In this document: positions 19,169 to 28,850 of the stretch, piece after piece
Layout: each line of letters starts with the position of its first letter
Position numbering within the stretch: position 1 is the first letter of the stretch
Source of the DNA: Akkermansiaceae bacterium
Lineage (GTDB): Bacteria; Verrucomicrobiota; Verrucomicrobiia; Verrucomicrobiales; Akkermansiaceae
Length of the DNA: 64,000 nucleotides
Direction of reading: 5' to 3'
NCBI GenBank assembly: GCA_051251915.1
Contig: JBPOGF010000007.1
Location: 64,001 to 128,000 of the forward strand
The notes under the pieces: generated by a model
What the model saw: only the letters and a program-made list of their open reading frames with translations
The model's database searches: none
Told to the model about the DNA's origin: nothing
Program-made: the position numbers and the translations under genes

Positions 19169-19766
19169 GAGCTACTTTGTCGAGTCTAGAGTCGTGTGTG
19201 CAGATAATGGCGATCCTCTCACCGCCATTGACGAATTCGTTCAGAACGTTGATGATCACCTCTGTGTTTAAATCGTCAAGCCCAGATGTGGGTTCATCAA
19301 GAAGTAATACTTTAGGTTCTTTGATGAGAGCTCTGGCGATACTAGCACGTTGCTGTTGTCCACCGGACATGGACTTAGGAAGGCGTTTTTTAAACTCACC
19401 AAGGCCTAGCAATGAAAGGTATTTATCGGTATTAGCATCTCGTTCTCTTTTAGGGATTCCAGCTAGTGCTGCGGCGAGATTTAAATTTCTGCTGATGTTA
19501 GCAAGTGGAAGTAGATTGAGTTGTTGGAAAACAAAACCGAGATCTTTTTTTCTGAACTTGTAATTGTTAGAGCGGTATCCTTCGATCTGGATTTTACCGC
19601 GCTGTTGTTTTAAGTATCCTCCTATCACTCGGAGAAGGGTAGATTTACCACAACCGGAGAAGCCTTTGATAAGATGTACGCCAGGATCAAATTCATGAGA
19701 GAAGTCCTCTAGAATCCATGGCGCTCTTCTAGCGTAGCGGTAGTAGATGTTATTGCAAGATAGCAT
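19095..19766 (-). CDS. ABC transporter ATP-binding protein (LolD/MacB-like)
   Basis: GFSGCGKST, FVFQ, MSGGQQQR, LLLDEPTSGLD, THD. Confidence 0.95.
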   Translation of the reverse strand: MLSCNNIYYRYARRAPWILEDFSHEFDPGVHLIKGFSGCGKSTLLRVIGGYLKQQRGKIQIEGYRSNNYKFRKKDLGFVFQQLNLLPLANISRNLNLAAALAGIPKRERDANTDKYLSLLGLGEFKKRLPKSMSGGQQQRASIARALIKEPKVLLLDEPTSGLDDLNTEVIINVLNEFVNGGERIAIICTHDSRLDKVAHDILDFNRFLPMEGHLEALAGTTR

Positions 19767-21032
19767 TTAAAATTTAATTGCTAGATCTTTGTGGCCTACA
19801 CCTAGTAGTTTGGCATTTGGCCAGAGAGTTTTTACGACATCTCTCCAGACAAGTGAATCAGTTTTACCTAAGGCGAATAGCGAAACATCATATTTAGGGA
19901 CAATGAAACATTGCTCAGGGAGTCTGTATATGAGTGTGGAATTCATTTGGGTGCCAGTAAGGCGTTTGAGTTTTGTGTTTTCCTCTAAAGGTACGGAGAA
20001 AATGTATTTTCTTTCTTCACGTTGGGTGCGTTTGTCTTTTTCTATTCGATCATCTTTGAATTCTAGTAGAGTGTTCTCTTTATCCGATAGTTGGATATAT
20101 AGTCTCTTAGGTTCTAGACTGATCCACTCAGAATTGGCCACTTTTAGATGTGCATGAATTTCATCATAATTGTTAAGGGTAGCGATAGTTTCGCGAGAGG
20201 AAACTGTGTATTCTTGTTGTCCTTCAATAAAGTTGACTTCAAGCCTTAGTTCTCCATCAAATGGAACTCTATAGACCGAGCGATCTTTTAGTTGCTGGAG
20301 GGTTCTTTCGCTTTTTTTTCTATCCATTTCTTGGATAACGCGATCGCCGGCGAGTAGCCTTTCCTCAAAATCTTCAGCAAAGGCAAACTTTTTTTCAGCT
20401 AGACTTAGATTCTCTTCAGCTTCAGCAAGTGCTTTTTGATCGATTTCTCCGATGTCGCCGCCAAACAATTCTGCAGAGAACTCCTTAGTTGCTGGGTGAT
20501 TTAGCATTAGTTTGAGACGTCTTACCTTCAAACGGGCTTCAGCGAGTTCTTCTTTTGCCTGTTTCTTTTTTTCAGGAATTTCCAAGCTATCTTGTTTCAT
20601 CTTGGCGATCTCGATTTTCTCTTTAGTGAGATCTAGGCGTATTTCTTGTTCGCCTAGGTCCTCGACATCCATTCTGGCGATTAATTGATCTTTCTTTACG
20701 AGAGTGTTCTTTTTGGTAAGTTCCAAGGTGATAATACCGGATCCTTCACTCTGGACTTCATAGCTTTCTTTCGGTTGAATATCTACAGGGATAGAACTCA
20801 AGTGCATTTCTGTTGATTGAGCATACTGATTCCAATCCCAAGTCGCCGCAACAGGTTCAGGGTTTAATGGTGTAGAAGTGGATTCCTTCTGCTTGTCACA
20901 AGAGGGGAGGAGTGAACAAAAAGCAACGAGTAAGGAGCAAGGGATTAAGCTATGTGATGGCTTTTTAGTTGTTGCCGCTACTGGAGTTTGCCGTGGCGGG
21001 GAATTTAAATTTATTTGAAGATGTTTATTCAT
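19767..21032 (-). CDS. Membrane fusion/periplasmic adaptor-like protein (lipoprotein)
   Basis: Lipobox-like LLPSC; VQSEGSGII...VKKDQLIARMD, long coiled coil, VPFDGEL (lipoyl half-motifs flanking a helical hairpin). Confidence 0.7.
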   Translation of the reverse strand: MNKHLQINLNSPPRQTPVAATTKKPSHSLIPCSLLVAFCSLLPSCDKQKESTSTPLNPEPVAATWDWNQYAQSTEMHLSSIPVDIQPKESYEVQSEGSGIITLELTKKNTLVKKDQLIARMDVEDLGEQEIRLDLTKEKIEIAKMKQDSLEIPEKKKQAKEELAEARLKVRRLKLMLNHPATKEFSAELFGGDIGEIDQKALAEAEENLSLAEKKFAFAEDFEERLLAGDRVIQEMDRKKSERTLQQLKDRSVYRVPFDGELRLEVNFIEGQQEYTVSSRETIATLNNYDEIHAHLKVANSEWISLEPKRLYIQLSDKENTLLEFKDDRIEKDKRTQREERKYIFSVPLEENTKLKRLTGTQMNSTLIYRLPEQCFIVPKYDVSLFALGKTDSLVWRDVVKTLWPNAKLLGVGHKDLAIKF

Positions 21033-21068
21033 GATTTTTCTATTGATAATGTGTTTATTATTGATGGA

Positions 21069-22499
21069 TCACTCTTTCCGACCCACCCATTTTTTAACCT
21101 GATTTCCGAATTTGAGCTCTTCGCTTTTTCCATTCTCTTTTCGTAAAGTTGCTCTTTGTTTACGAGTCTGTAGCCAGCGTTTAGTGATTGGCCGCCAGCG
21201 TTGTTCGTCGATTAGCCAGAAAGCTGAGCAGATTTCAATCTCTTTTGCCATCAGACGTACTTCTTTTTCTTTGAGTGCTCTCATTGTCTGCACTGCTTTC
21301 TGAGGGTCTTTAACTAATCCGGTTCTGACAGCCTTCTTATACACTTCTACAGTTTCTCGAACTTTATGTAGTTCTGCAAGAACCTCGTTGAGGGCTTCTT
21401 TCCCGTCAAAGAGTTTTTTAACTTCTTCACGTGTTCGCTTGTCTTTTCTCCATTCCTTGAGCGGATAATCTCTTTTAATTCTATTGAGTTGTTGGCCGAT
21501 ATAGCCCTGAGAGTCTAGATTCCAGTTAAATGATGGACCTAGCCTTATCAAAGCGGGATCAAAATCTTGATTCGTAGTATTATTATAGAGAGGAGGTGCT
21601 GATACTGATAAATTGGCACTAGGTACATAGCGTAGATAGGTGTCGAGTACTTGTCCATCTTGAGCGATACTTTCAAGGGCAAGTAGATTAAGCTGTAGAA
21701 GCCCCCAGCGAGAAGTATCAGTGAAGTCTAGTTCGCTTGGCTTATAGAGAATATCAGGGATGCTGCCTGGTTTGAGGTTTATATGGTCATAACCAGCCAT
21801 GAAAAAATCACCTACTTTTATTTTCCAATCACTCGTGTTCTTTTCCCATGCTTTATAGGCTTCTTCGTGCTTAAGTTTCATCGCTAAAACAGAATTATCG
21901 TTTAACCTGCCAACTGATTGGAGTATTTCACCTTCTATATCTAAGGCTTGTTTCTCTAAGCGATGGAGACGTTGCTCTTGGAAAAGCCGGTATAATGCGA
22001 TGACTTGTTGACGCATGGTGTATTCTGCCTGCAGTTCAGAGCCAATGTAGGTGAGCTTGTTTGTGTATACCGTTTTTGGCAAAGTTAGTAGGTTACCGAG
22101 TGAGATGTAACTGTTGATTCTGAATGAAGAGCCTGAGAAGGCCTCTCCAATATCCTCGACGGTGAATGAGTCACTTAGTCCCACAGAAAGTCCGGGGATC
22201 ATACGCTTCCATACTTGTTTTTGTTGATACTTGGCATCCTCCAAACGGTAGTCTGCCTGAATTAAGTTTGGATTAGAAAGATACATTTTTTCCAAACCTT
22301 GGTTCCAGCTGATATCTAGCTTATTGTTTAAAGTCTTGTTTTTTTTGGCACGAATTTGCGTTATATAGTCATTCGATACTTCATCTCTGGCTTCTTTGAT
22401 TCTGACGTCAACGGGTTTCATCCAAATGCATGATGAAGTGGCTGAAGCTGCAACTATTAACGAAGTTACACAGAGTGTTTTATGTTTGAAAAATATCAT
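21069..22499 (-). CDS. TolC-like outer membrane factor (divergent lipoprotein)
   Basis: Lipobox-like TSSC; NPNLIQA, IPGLSVG and repeated PSANLSVS; helical; adjacent to MFP and ABC genes. Confidence 0.65.
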   Translation of the reverse strand: MIFFKHKTLCVTSLIVAASATSSCIWMKPVDVRIKEARDEVSNDYITQIRAKKNKTLNNKLDISWNQGLEKMYLSNPNLIQADYRLEDAKYQQKQVWKRMIPGLSVGLSDSFTVEDIGEAFSGSSFRINSYISLGNLLTLPKTVYTNKLTYIGSELQAEYTMRQQVIALYRLFQEQRLHRLEKQALDIEGEILQSVGRLNDNSVLAMKLKHEEAYKAWEKNTSDWKIKVGDFFMAGYDHINLKPGSIPDILYKPSELDFTDTSRWGLLQLNLLALESIAQDGQVLDTYLRYVPSANLSVSAPPLYNNTTNQDFDPALIRLGPSFNWNLDSQGYIGQQLNRIKRDYPLKEWRKDKRTREEVKKLFDGKEALNEVLAELHKVRETVEVYKKAVRTGLVKDPQKAVQTMRALKEKEVRLMAKEIEICSAFWLIDEQRWRPITKRWLQTRKQRATLRKENGKSEELKFGNQVKKWVGRKE

Positions 22500-22622
22500 T
22501 ATGATTCTGGAAGCTGGATATTCAGTTAGTTACAGTTAATAGGTTTCTAATCTAGCACGCATACGGTAAATCATCAATTGCCTTTACGAGCAAACTTATT
22601 TTTTTGCATTTTGCTACTCAAT

Positions 22623-24731
22623 TTACTTAGATTGAGTGGATTGAAAGTTGAGAAAAATAGATTTTTGTGTGATGTTGCTATTTATCTCAACATTGCTTTT
22701 TTCGGCTGTTGCTTGATGATGGTCAAAGCCACTTTTGAAATGAATTTTAAAGCTAGGTGGGTGACTAGGCTTATTTTTTGGTAGAATTTCAATTGCTATT
22801 TTATCGTTTTGCTTGCCATTGAAAGCCACTTTTAGAATCCGTGGATCTGTGATGCTCTTGTCATAGCTATGGAGTGTGAATGTGGCATCTTGATCCGTCT
22901 TGATTATGCCGATATTTGAGGTGAGAGTTGTAGGGGTTAGTTCGTATAATGGGGCACTTTCAGCAGTCACAGGGATGTGGATTTCTGGACAATCTGGATG
23001 AGAGGTTTTCAAACTGATGGTAGTATCCAGACGTTTTGCGGGCATGTTGACTATTTCGAAGGTTAGTTCGTAGTGAACGCCTTCTACGATAGTATTAAGT
23101 TCGGTATTTAGGAGATGACCATCTTGTGTAGCTAAATCTAAGGAAATAGGCTGTTGAGTTGTATTAATGAAGCTGACCTTTTGTTTTCCTGAGCTGGTGG
23201 AAGTGGCAATTTTTCCTAGGTTGTTTGAATACGGGAATATTTTGAATGGAAGCCAGACATTAGCAGTGATGGGAATTGAGATGGGGGTGCTTGCACCTTC
23301 ATCATATAAAAATATCTTGTGTGTGATGTCACCGAGGAATTTATTAGTGTGGAACTCGAAGGGTAACTTAACCTTTGATTTAGGAGCAATAGTGAAAGGC
23401 TCATGAGATAGGTCGATACAGCCACAGCTGGTCCGTATTTTAGTTATATTTAGTGGAGTTTTACTAGGGTTACTAAGATTCAGAACATCCCGACCAATAT
23501 CATTTTTAGTAATTCGGCCTAGGTTGTAGGCTTTTTTTTCTACTATTAGATTGGAGGTTTTGCTTTTCATGGGTGAAGAGTTCACCAATGGTTGAGAGTC
23601 TTCGATATCTTTAGAACTAGAAGGTTGGATCTTACTGAGCTTGATTAGATCTTGAATACTGATGACTCCTTCTATAATGTGACTTTTTGTAATAGTTTGC
23701 GGAAATGCCGCCACTTGTGCTTCCTCTAGATTAAATTTCATAATCTCACTGCTGATATCCATGATTTCATAGCTCCAGGGTGAAAAAGATTTCTTATAAA
23801 TGGCAAAATGACCGTTACATTTTTTGTCGAGAAATTGAGTTATCTCAATATGATTTAGAGGAAGTGAGCCATTTTGTATGGCATCTAGTGCTGACTCATA
23901 TGCGGCAGGGTTTGCTCTTTTTGCAATTATTAACAAGCGATTAATTTCTCTGGCTTCTATAGATTGGAAGCAAGGAAGGTAGAAAATAGTGAGGTTGCTT
24001 TCGATTACTTCTCTATTCTTTTTTATGTTGCGTTGGAAATCTAGGCAGTGAGGGCAAGTATGGTCACTGAGTACTATGCAGATGTTCTTGCTGGAAGAGG
24101 AGGTTAGTCGAGGGAGGTTTTCGGTTTTTACAGATACGAGGTCACCATGAATTTTTAGCGTGTCAGCTGAGAGCTGTAGATTACTTTGTCCCGTATGGCT
24201 GGTGTTGTAGGTTGTTACTTCTGATGGGAAATAGACTTGGGTCAGAGCCATTAGTGATACGGCGATTAAGGCGATGAGAGGAGCTAAGAAGGTGGGTGAT
24301 AGTTTTCTTTTGAAATGTGAGGAGAGAAGTGAAATTGAGGCTATAATAGCAATGCTGTGAATAGTGCAGCACCAGAGACAGTATGATTTTATAATGAATG
24401 CTTGTAAGCTGAAAAACCACAGGCCAGCAAAAATGATAAGGTAGGCTAGAGTCTTTTCTAAAAGAGCTCCCTTGAATTTGTTGTCACGAGGGTTATTATT
24501 CCTTAGAGTAATACAAAATAAGGAGAAATAGGCAACAATGCCTAAAAGGAGCGTAGGGACTGTCGCTACTAAAGACCATGGGCTAGTGAGAACGTTGTTA
24601 CAGCCACTTTTGGCACTACACCCTAGAATGGGTTGTTTGTAGAAAATGGTATTCCAGGCTAGATAGGCTGAGCAGATGACAGCCAAAGCTAATAAGCCTG
24701 TAGTTATTTTACGTAGAGTAGATGATGCCAT
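22623..24731 (-). CDS. VKOR - thioredoxin/DsbA - DUF1573 (Ig-like) fusion protein
   Basis: VKOR Cys pair GCSAKSGC...VLTSPWS and CLWC; thioredoxin CPHC with AFP cis-Pro candidate; DUF1573 TSCGC followed by more Ig-like segments. Confidence 0.85.
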   Translation of the reverse strand: MASSTLRKITTGLLALAVICSAYLAWNTIFYKQPILGCSAKSGCNNVLTSPWSLVATVPTLLLGIVAYFSLFCITLRNNNPRDNKFKGALLEKTLAYLIIFAGLWFFSLQAFIIKSYCLWCCTIHSIAIIASISLLSSHFKRKLSPTFLAPLIALIAVSLMALTQVYFPSEVTTYNTSHTGQSNLQLSADTLKIHGDLVSVKTENLPRLTSSSSKNICIVLSDHTCPHCLDFQRNIKKNREVIESNLTIFYLPCFQSIEAREINRLLIIAKRANPAAYESALDAIQNGSLPLNHIEITQFLDKKCNGHFAIYKKSFSPWSYEIMDISSEIMKFNLEEAQVAAFPQTITKSHIIEGVISIQDLIKLSKIQPSSSKDIEDSQPLVNSSPMKSKTSNLIVEKKAYNLGRITKNDIGRDVLNLSNPSKTPLNITKIRTSCGCIDLSHEPFTIAPKSKVKLPFEFHTNKFLGDITHKIFLYDEGASTPISIPITANVWLPFKIFPYSNNLGKIATSTSSGKQKVSFINTTQQPISLDLATQDGHLLNTELNTIVEGVHYELTFEIVNMPAKRLDTTISLKTSHPDCPEIHIPVTAESAPLYELTPTTLTSNIGIIKTDQDATFTLHSYDKSITDPRILKVAFNGKQNDKIAIEILPKNKPSHPPSFKIHFKSGFDHHQATAEKSNVEINSNITQKSIFLNFQSTQSK

Positions 24732-24780
24732 AGCTGTAATTAATACTTAGGCTTCTGAACATGCAAGTTACAGCATATTG

Positions 24781-25293
24781 TTAGTTTTCACCCTCATTTG
24801 TTGTAACGGGATCTATGATAATAGGAGCGCCTAGGTCTTCAAGTTCAGCTGGAAAATATTCTTTCAGGTTTTTACTTCCAGGGTAAGGATCTGAATAGAA
24901 ATTTCGCTGATGCTTGGGGCCGATCATATATGCTTCTGTAGAGCGCCAGCTTGTTTCCTTTTTTTGGAAATGGAACTCATAATATGCATCTTTAATTTCC
25001 GGTATATGTAAACGTATTACAGCGGTATAAATAGGAGGATCAACGTCTTCCGTGTGGATGCCTTGGATTGCTACCTCGTGTTCTTTGGAAAAATTTTCCC
25101 ATGGGGTGTATTTTGATTTTCCTTTAGTAGCTTCTTTAATACGTTTATCCTCAGCTTTCCAGAAAGCCTGCTCGACATGCTCTGCAATCTTTATTACCTC
25201 AGATTCATAGCTCTCAACTTGAGATGCTTTCTTTTCCTTACAGGAGGAAATAAATAAAATAGTTAATAGCAGAGTATAATGGATCCTGAGCAT
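24781..25293 (-). CDS. Hypothetical lipoprotein
   Basis: Signal peptide with lipobox ISSC followed by KEKK. Confidence 0.7.
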   Translation of the reverse strand: MLRIHYTLLLTILFISSCKEKKASQVESYESEVIKIAEHVEQAFWKAEDKRIKEATKGKSKYTPWENFSKEHEVAIQGIHTEDVDPPIYTAVIRLHIPEIKDAYYEFHFQKKETSWRSTEAYMIGPKHQRNFYSDPYPGSKNLKEYFPAELEDLGAPIIIDPVTTNEGEN

Positions 25294-25317
25294 CTCGATT
25301 ATTTATCTTTCAGGTAA

Positions 25318-25995
25318 TTAACGTCTTCTACGTAATAGTGTGGTCAGACCGCCTATGCTGATCAGCAATGCAGAGGTAGGTTCTGGAACAGTTACTAGTG
25401 TTAGTGTAAATTGGTCAAATGAAGAAGTGCTACTCATCGTTTGTTGAGCACCAGGGTTTAGTGCAGTAGAAGTAAACTCGTAATCGATAGTGATTGATGT
25501 TCCGTTATTTGATACGGCAAAGACTGGTATTACGTCGGCCGGAGTAGGCGTGGACCATAGATCCCCTCCATTGAACGTGAAGCTATCTATAATTTGATTT
25601 GTATCTAGATCAAAGTCGATTGTAATGCCCAGTGAGTGAGTTGAATGGCCTGAAACCATAGGATAAAGAAATACTGAAACAAGGTCGCTATTTGCACTGT
25701 CTTCTTGAAGATCTACGTATACTCCACGTGAGCCTTCGAGACTTGAATGCCTCTCTACGCGGTCAAAAATGCCTAGTTCGGAAACATCCGAAACGGATGC
25801 TGGATTCGAGAAATTCGGAGGTGTGCTGTCGATGAGTTGGTCAATAACTTGAAATCTATATAACACAGTTGGATCAGCAGCTGAAACGGTATTAATTTCT
25901 TCGATATCTACAGACATCACCGCAGCGGTGCTTACAGATATTGAAAAAAGGGAGGCTTGTATTGCTAGGGTAAATAGAGTGAATTTGTTTTTCAT
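25318..25995 (-). CDS. PEP-CTERM sorting domain protein
   Basis: Start moved to MKNKFTL; signal peptide; tail VPEPTSALLISIGGLTTLLRRRR. Confidence 0.9.
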   Translation of the reverse strand: MKNKFTLFTLAIQASLFSISVSTAAVMSVDIEEINTVSAADPTVLYRFQVIDQLIDSTPPNFSNPASVSDVSELGIFDRVERHSSLEGSRGVYVDLQEDSANSDLVSVFLYPMVSGHSTHSLGITIDFDLDTNQIIDSFTFNGGDLWSTPTPADVIPVFAVSNNGTSITIDYEFTSTALNPGAQQTMSSTSSFDQFTLTLVTVPEPTSALLISIGGLTTLLRRRR

Positions 25996-26067
25996 AGTGT
26001 TAAAATAGGCCGATATTTTATAAATCAAAACTAGTTAATTTTGAATTTATGTCAAGAGGTTAGCACG

Positions 26068-26098
26068 AAAAAGAGCCACCAAATTAATGGTGGCTCTT
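26068..26098 (-). terminator. Rho-independent terminator after the acidic lipoprotein gene
   Basis: aagagccacca-aattaa-tggtggctctt hairpin with an adjacent A-run. Confidence 0.85.
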
Positions 26099-26124
26099 AA
26101 AATATTCTAAATCAGAATTAAGAC

Positions 26125-27204
26125 CTAAAAGGTGTCGTCGCTGTCAGAATCGATGATTGTCTCAAGAGTTCCCTGAGATGAGTCGAAGTCGTGTCTGTAA
26201 GAACCTTCTACACCACCGTCAGTAGCACCTTCGATGAGGTGAACTGGAGATGTGCTAGCTCCGATTTCGTTAACGATTGGAGTTTCGTCTGAAACGTCAA
26301 GTGTTGTTTCAACATCAAGCACGTCAAGTAGTGCTTGGATGTTAGCAGCAACATAGCTTGCAGCGTCTCCGTCGATTGTCTCAAGTGCGTCAGCTTGTGC
26401 TTGGCCGATTGCAAAGTTAACTACACAGCTAACTCCTTCAAACGTGATGCTTACTGATACACCGTAGTTAGTGCTACCGAGAAGTGACTCGTGAGTAACA
26501 GATGCGTCAAGGCTTTCAACTTCAACTGGTGCTCCAGCAACATCTTCATAGATAGTTACAGAGTTTACAGTAGCAGCGCCGCCTGAAGTAGCAAGTGTGT
26601 TACCAATAAGACCTTCCAAATCAACAACAACGTTGTCTGTGTCTTGGTTAAACGCAACTTCAACAGTAGCTGAACCAATGAAACGACCTGATACAGATCT
26701 TAGGTCAGAAGCGAAAGGTGTGAAAGTAAGGTTAGAAAGCAAAGTAGAGCCTGTTGTGTCAACACCAGCTTTGACTGAGTCAATTGTGAATGTGTCTGTA
26801 AGGTTCTCAAGGCCTTCAACATAACCTTCTTGAGTCGCTAGACCGAAGATTACGAAACCGTCAGGAGCGAGGTCAGCTTGTGCGTGAGAAGCTGTTGTTG
26901 CGTCTGCTGAAAGAACGTTGATAGAGTCGAAGTCGATCTCTAGCTCGTCACCTGCGTTGAAAGTAGTTCCAACACATCCACCTGCGAGAGCTTCAAAAGT
27001 AAGCTTGAGTGATGTGAGTGGGTACTCAGCAAGTTTGATAGGAGCAACTGGCTTAGTGCCTAGATCGTTGATGCTAGCTACGAGTTCAGAAGTGTCGAAT
27101 GTTGTTTCAGTTACAGTAACGTCGTCGCCGTCACAAGAAACCATGAATGCTGATCCCGCGAGAGCTGCACCAAGTGTGAGATATTTTTTGATATCGTTTT
27201 TCAT
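26125..27204 (-). CDS. Highly acidic beta-rich lipoprotein, probably abundant and surface-exposed
   Basis: Lipobox MVSC followed by DGDD; D/E/T/V/A/S-rich, no Trp; GCT/ACT/GTT/AAC/TTC codon preference like groEL. Confidence 0.8.
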   Translation of the reverse strand: MKNDIKKYLTLGAALAGSAFMVSCDGDDVTVTETTFDTSELVASINDLGTKPVAPIKLAEYPLTSLKLTFEALAGGCVGTTFNAGDELEIDFDSINVLSADATTASHAQADLAPDGFVIFGLATQEGYVEGLENLTDTFTIDSVKAGVDTTGSTLLSNLTFTPFASDLRSVSGRFIGSATVEVAFNQDTDNVVVDLEGLIGNTLATSGGAATVNSVTIYEDVAGAPVEVESLDASVTHESLLGSTNYGVSVSITFEGVSCVVNFAIGQAQADALETIDGDAASYVAANIQALLDVLDVETTLDVSDETPIVNEIGASTSPVHLIEGATDGGVEGSYRHDFDSSQGTLETIIDSDSDDTF

Positions 27205-27541
27205 TTTAATTAATTAATTAGTTATTTGTTAGTTTAATGAAGCGGCTCTTAAACTTTAAACCGCTCCTGCCGAATTTGTAGGAGATGCTGAATTTTATGC
27301 AAGTAAATTATTGAATTTTATTCCTTATTTATTTTGGCGTGGTTGTTGTTGATTCATATCTAATGATTTGTGCACTATGAATCTACTCCCTTTGAGGTGA
27401 TGGTAACTATTAGATGGTTAATTTTATCTAGATAGAGGTGGGTGTTCATTGGTCTAAGGTGTTGATAGTCCAAGATTGGGGCACTATAAATAGTTCAAGG
27501 TAGTAGAGTGAATGAATGATGACTTAATAGTTGTATATGCC

Positions 27542-28609
27542 TCAACGGGCGAACCATGAGTCTGAGACGACTTCGACTATCTCTACGCATTTATTAGACT
27601 GAGGTTGGCTGGGGAATGCTAACTTTAAAATCATGGGCGCAAAGGGTTTTGGTGAGGTGATTGTGAGATCATTTTCTATCAAATTATCAATCGCTAGAGT
27701 GCGTCTGATATTTAAATTGGTTATGCTGTTTTTCCTAGCATAAGCGATGAGGTATTTATTTGGCTCATTTCTGATATTAACGCGGTAGGCTTGGAAGGTG
27801 TTTTCATCACTGAACTGATAGAGGTATGGACCGGTGTTATTCTTGTCTCTGATTTCTACTCTAAAGGTGTGTGGTTCTATATTTTTGGTCTTCGTAAATA
27901 CATCCCAGTCGGCTCCTTGGTATACTACGTCTGTTTCCCAATCTATTCGGTAGCTGCCGTCTGTTTGCTTTTCCAATAATAGAGGTTTTGTTTCTATTGG
28001 GGGCTTGTTGTTTGTGGAGGCTGGCGTGCATCTAGCGTTCACTAGCTCCAATGATTTCCCGTTTATATGAATTTTGCTGACATTGAGATTTCCTGAGAGT
28101 TTGTATCTCTGGAAATGGTTGTTAGGTTTGTTATAGTGTTGTGTCATTTTGAAGAGGGTGACATCGGGGTTTCTGCACCAGATGACGCGCTCTTCTTTGT
28201 TGTGGGCTTCTAGGTAGCTTTTTACGCAGAGGTGGATAGCGGCTATGCGTTGTTTTTTATCTTTGGCGGATTTTAGTGCGGCAAGCTCTTGCTTGGCTAT
28301 TTCTTTGGCGCGTTGTTCCTTGATTAGTCTTTCTTTGCGTAGATTGAGAAATCCCCAGATGCCGGCTATGAGGAGGAGGGTGAGAAGGAGGATGGCGAAT
28401 CGCGCTACTTTGCTTTTGAGGAGGAATTCAATTTTTTGTTCGGACCACTGGTCTTCTAATTCTGGGAGTGGTTCTTGTTCCTCTAGATCTTTTTCTGAGA
28501 GGTCATCGGCTCGGAAGCCTTTGCCCATTTTGATGGTGTTACCTTGGTGGTCTTTTTTGCCTAGAACGTCTCGCTCTATTAGAGTGGGCTTGCTTTTGTG
28601 GCTATTCAT
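27542..28609 (-). CDS. Membrane-anchored hypothetical protein
   Basis: Single TM (RFAILLLTLLLIAGIWGF), coiled coil, YRIDWE motif. Confidence 0.7.
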   Translation of the reverse strand: MNSHKSKPTLIERDVLGKKDHQGNTIKMGKGFRADDLSEKDLEEQEPLPELEDQWSEQKIEFLLKSKVARFAILLLTLLLIAGIWGFLNLRKERLIKEQRAKEIAKQELAALKSAKDKKQRIAAIHLCVKSYLEAHNKEERVIWCRNPDVTLFKMTQHYNKPNNHFQRYKLSGNLNVSKIHINGKSLELVNARCTPASTNNKPPIETKPLLLEKQTDGSYRIDWETDVVYQGADWDVFTKTKNIEPHTFRVEIRDKNNTGPYLYQFSDENTFQAYRVNIRNEPNKYLIAYARKNSITNLNIRRTLAIDNLIENDLTITSPKPFAPMILKLAFPSQPQSNKCVEIVEVVSDSWFAR

Positions 28610-28850
28610 TATTCCAAGAATGGACGCGAGAGTGCGAGTACTATATAGTGGGGGTGAACACGTAGTTAGATGGCTCAGGTTGTTAGGGTGAGTGATTTAA
28701 CTAGGTGTGGAGCTCTGGGATGTAGTGATGGGGTGTTTTTTAGAGCTGATTTAGGGCGTGCTACTTTTAATAAACATAGGGCATGTTTATTAGGGGAGTG
28801 TTTGTTTGTTTCAGGAATCCTGATCTAGGGTTGTGGGAGGGGTGGGAGGC

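Noticed and set aside
27380..27390. AATCTACTCCC resembling the tRNA 3' end (possible attR)
   Set aside because: Only about 8 bp identical and no integrase in the window; compatible with chance.
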